Position numbers and translations under genes: made by a program
Shown: piece by piece, positions 60,657 through 64,000 of the stretch
Position numbering within the stretch: the first letter of the stretch is position 1
Layout: every line of letters begins with the position of its first letter
Notes under the pieces: model-generated
Seen by the model: only the letters and a program-made list of their open reading frames with translations
The model's database searches: none
What the model was told of the DNA's origin: nothing
NCBI RefSeq assembly: GCF_009914755.1
Contig: NC_060932.1
Direction: 5' to 3' (one strand)
DNA length: 64,000 nt
Source: the human T2T-CHM13v2.0 reference genome, Homo sapiens

Positions 60657-63600
60657 GTACGTTTCAGAAAACAGGGCAACCAAGACTAGCTGGCCAGGGA
60701 GGTTGAGGAGCAGGCTGGTCACTGGTACCTAGGCATTTCTGAGCTGCAGCCTCTGGAGTGGCTGCTGGAGACCAAGGAGAGCTGCTACCCAGAGGAGGAA
60801 GTGTAGAGGCCGGAGGGCCGCTGCGAAAGGGCACTGGGAAGCCCCCATCCAGATATGCACATAAGCCCTGTATAGGAGAACCCAGCAGGCGGCCAGCAGG
60901 ACTCAAGGTCTAAAGCTAAGTAACCAAGCCAATTGAACAAGGCTGATCTGGCTTGGCCGTCATGGGGCTGGGGTGCTCGATGGACAGGAAAATGGAGTTA
61001 CAAAACGAGTGGGTTGGTTCAGGAAGGGCCAGGATTGGGGCAGCAATTCCACGCAACTGCTCCACAAAGGAGGTCCCCTGGTCTGAAAGCCTAAAGTCAG
61101 GTCCTTGGCTGCCTGAGGCCTGCAACTGGCTGCAGGGTGCTGGAGGTCTGTGGGTGCTGGAAAGGACCAATGCAGAAGCAAGGGGCATCATGAAACAAGA
61201 CTCTCCACTCCCTCCCCTACCCCCAAACCTGGAGACTTCAAGGGTCAACATTTTGTGAAGTGGTCTCTCTCTCAAATCCACTGCTTTGTATTCTGTGGCT
61301 GTGTTCTCTTTCCCACAGGATAGTTTCCCACCCCCTGAGTACCACAGAATCCCCCCTGGGGATGATACTTAAGGCTCTTGGGGCAGCTCCATGGCTGGCT
61401 CCTGGCCTGCATAAATTAATGTGGAACAGATGCGCAGGCAAGGCATACTGGGTGTCAAGAGTCAAGGGGGAGCCCCAACCAGACAGACCCCAGCTTCCTG
61501 TAGCCCAGCCCAGGGTAAAAACAGGTGCACCCACTGGAAAATTGCTCTCTGCCCCTCCTTCCTGGATGATGGCCTGATCCATGAGATCCTAATTATTTAC
61601 CTAAATAATAGACATCTTTTTCCACACAGCAAGATAGTGGTGGATCAGTGGCAAACTGGAGTCTGCTGGCCCTAACCTGGGGACTGAGTGGCCCCAGCAA
61701 AGGACAGCAAACCTACCTCCAATAGGTTCTGCCTGATCCCTCCTTTCATTATTCTCTTCCTGGGATGGGGGCGTGTATCTCCTTCACGCCACTGTTTGGG
61801 TAAAATTATCTGAGAAGATGGAAAGCAGCCAACCACAACAACTCTTAAGATTTCTCTAGTTTCTTGGATCATGATCATAGTCAGGCTTTAAGCTAGGGTT
61901 TGGCACCAGGACTACATTGCTGCTTCAAGTTGATGACTTTCTGAGAATAAACAGAGGTCAGATGTCCAGGCTGACTTTATTAGATCTGCCAGAATCTTCT
62001 GATCAGTTGAGTAAAGCAGCGGTGATTTGGCTATAGGATTTGGCAAGGGATAATATCATTACGATTAAATCTTTAGTCCTTAATGAGAAACCTCCAAGGC
62101 CCTGTGACCATCATGATTCCTTAGCTGCTTGGGAAATATTTCAGATCTTAAACTATTAAGACTGCAGATTTCTTTTGCTGTTGAACTGTCTTCAACTGTG
62201 ATCCTTCTCTTGTATTTTTGTTTGAGGCAGGTACTGTGGAGAATCATCATAGCTGGAAGGAAACAGACCTCAGTTTCCCTAGGGGTTGAGATAGTATCTG
62301 GAGTCACCACTCCTAAAAGTTGCTGAGATTATTGGGATTGTGGAATCAGAGAAGCAACACTGAAGCTCTAGATACCATTTTCAGCACTGATTTTCCACTG
62401 CTGTCCAGGGCTGAAAGAGGGTTGGGATTAAGGAATGCCTAAAACAGAAGTGGGAAGACATGACTGAGAGCAGGAGCACTGTGCCTGCACAGCCAAGGCC
62501 CGGCACTGGCTGGAAGGTAGATGGGCCAGTGTGCCTTCAGCCTCCACATTCTGCTTTCTCTATTCCACTTTCTCTCTCCTGAAGTCATTAATAGGAATAA
62601 CTGCTGCCTTAATCCTATGTCTATAACCCCAACCTCTCCTACTCACCCCCAAGAAAACTCAAGCTGCAGAGCGTCTTTGAGACTAAACCCTCCCAAGTGC
62701 TGTAATCTAGAGTATTTTCAACATGAGTGGGCAGGGGAGGGTGGCCAGCAGCACTGCCTTGTCAGTGAGCTTTCTTGAGCTGTCTGGCTCTTAGTGCATC
62801 CCAACATAATCCACAGACATGAGGAAGCCTGTCTGCCGTGAACACTTCCAGTGAAGACTAAAAGTAGTATTTTAAGATCTATAAATGACTTTTCTGGTTT
62901 TTAGCTTTTGCCTAGTTCCTTTGAATTTTGGAAGGAATTAATTTGTAGATGACATCATGCAGTACATTTAAATATGGCAGGATTGAGATTTATTTTTTAA
63001 GTCAGCATTTGCTTTTCTTGGTTAAATGCAACCAGTTTAGGGGTAATAACTGCTTAATATGCCTGGCACATTATTGAAATCCCTTATGAGTGGCTCAAAA
63101 TGAGTCAGAAGGTCAATTTAGTCCTTGGCTGGGTTCCTTTCACAACAGGGGTTTTCCTGTGCTGCTGTTCAGGAGGAGCAATTAAAACTTTTTGTGTATT
63201 CAAAGCTTTCCAGCTGAATTCTGGCCCCATCAAATGATATCAGAGCTCTGGCTTTTGCCTGGTGGTGCAGAGCTTTCGTCTGTTAGTGAATCTTTGGGGA
63301 CCGTTTTTCCCCAAGCTTAAAAACACAAGATTCAAACTCTAAGGGATTCCTTACTTATTCTTCTAGCAAGCCTCTTTACTATCTCTCTGCCATCGCACGG
63401 ACTTTCTCCAGCTTTTAAGACACTTTGATAGCATTGTTACTGGACCACACGCAGAACTAGAAACAAGTCTTTCTTTACCACTTCTTCCAGAGTAGTCTTG
63501 CCAATGTTCAGTAGGCAAAAACCACGGAAAGTTTGGTGGCTACCTGAGATTCACAAATCAGTGGCTTACAATTGCAAACTTCCCACTCCACTTGATCTAC

Positions 63601-64000
63601 ACACTAGATAGCTAAAGGACTTCAGGGTAGGAAGAATTTATAGCTTCAGCTGCCTTTGATGAGCGCTTTCTCAGAAAATCTCACTGAAGAACCTAGTGTA
63701 TCTCAGTTCTATTTGTGTTCCACTGAAGATGAGCCAGACTTTTATGAACAATAAATGTACTTTACATCCTCTTTTTTTCCATAAAAATTTCCCCTTCCGC
63801 TGCCCAGCTTCTCTATTTTCTCTGGCTTTAAATCCTAGGATTTAGAAAAGCAGAAAATGTTACAGTTCAAAAGGTTTTTTAATGCTCCGTCCAAAGCCAC
63901 TGGTTTGAAAGAGGTGTTCTCCACTTTAAGACGTTCTATCTGAAGAGGTTTGGGGAGCTAGGCAAACAGAGCTTTTATTTCAGTGCTGAGTTTAATGTTG

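Overview
This is primate (very likely human) genomic DNA, not a prokaryotic window. It holds the 3' part of VPS13B (COH1, the Cohen syndrome lipid-transport gene) on the + strand. I traced 17 consecutive coding exons with GT-AG junctions whose phases join into one open frame of 3648 nt (1216 codons). From my recollection of the 62-exon transcript these are exons 45-61; the first 44 exons and the last exon lie outside the window. The introns contain a full-length but decayed antisense L1PA (about L1PA7, 6.47 kb), 17 Alus, MIR, L2 and L3(CR1) fossils, MLT LTRs, hAT/TcMar DNA-transposon relics, an (AC)32 repeat and a 15-copy quasi-palindromic minisatellite. I found no new gene system. The best leads are regulatory: (1) the antisense L1 keeps an ORF0-like reading frame whose end overlaps a candidate splice donor in frame with exon 53; (2) consensus 5' splice sites sit about 40 nt upstream of two real acceptors; (3) a polarised hairpin VNTR; (4) a perfect TAATCC/GGATTA palindrome; (5) a strong CTCF motif. 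Repeat subfamily calls and exon numbers are by eye and memory, not database searches. Most ORF-track entries are spurious or repeat-derived.
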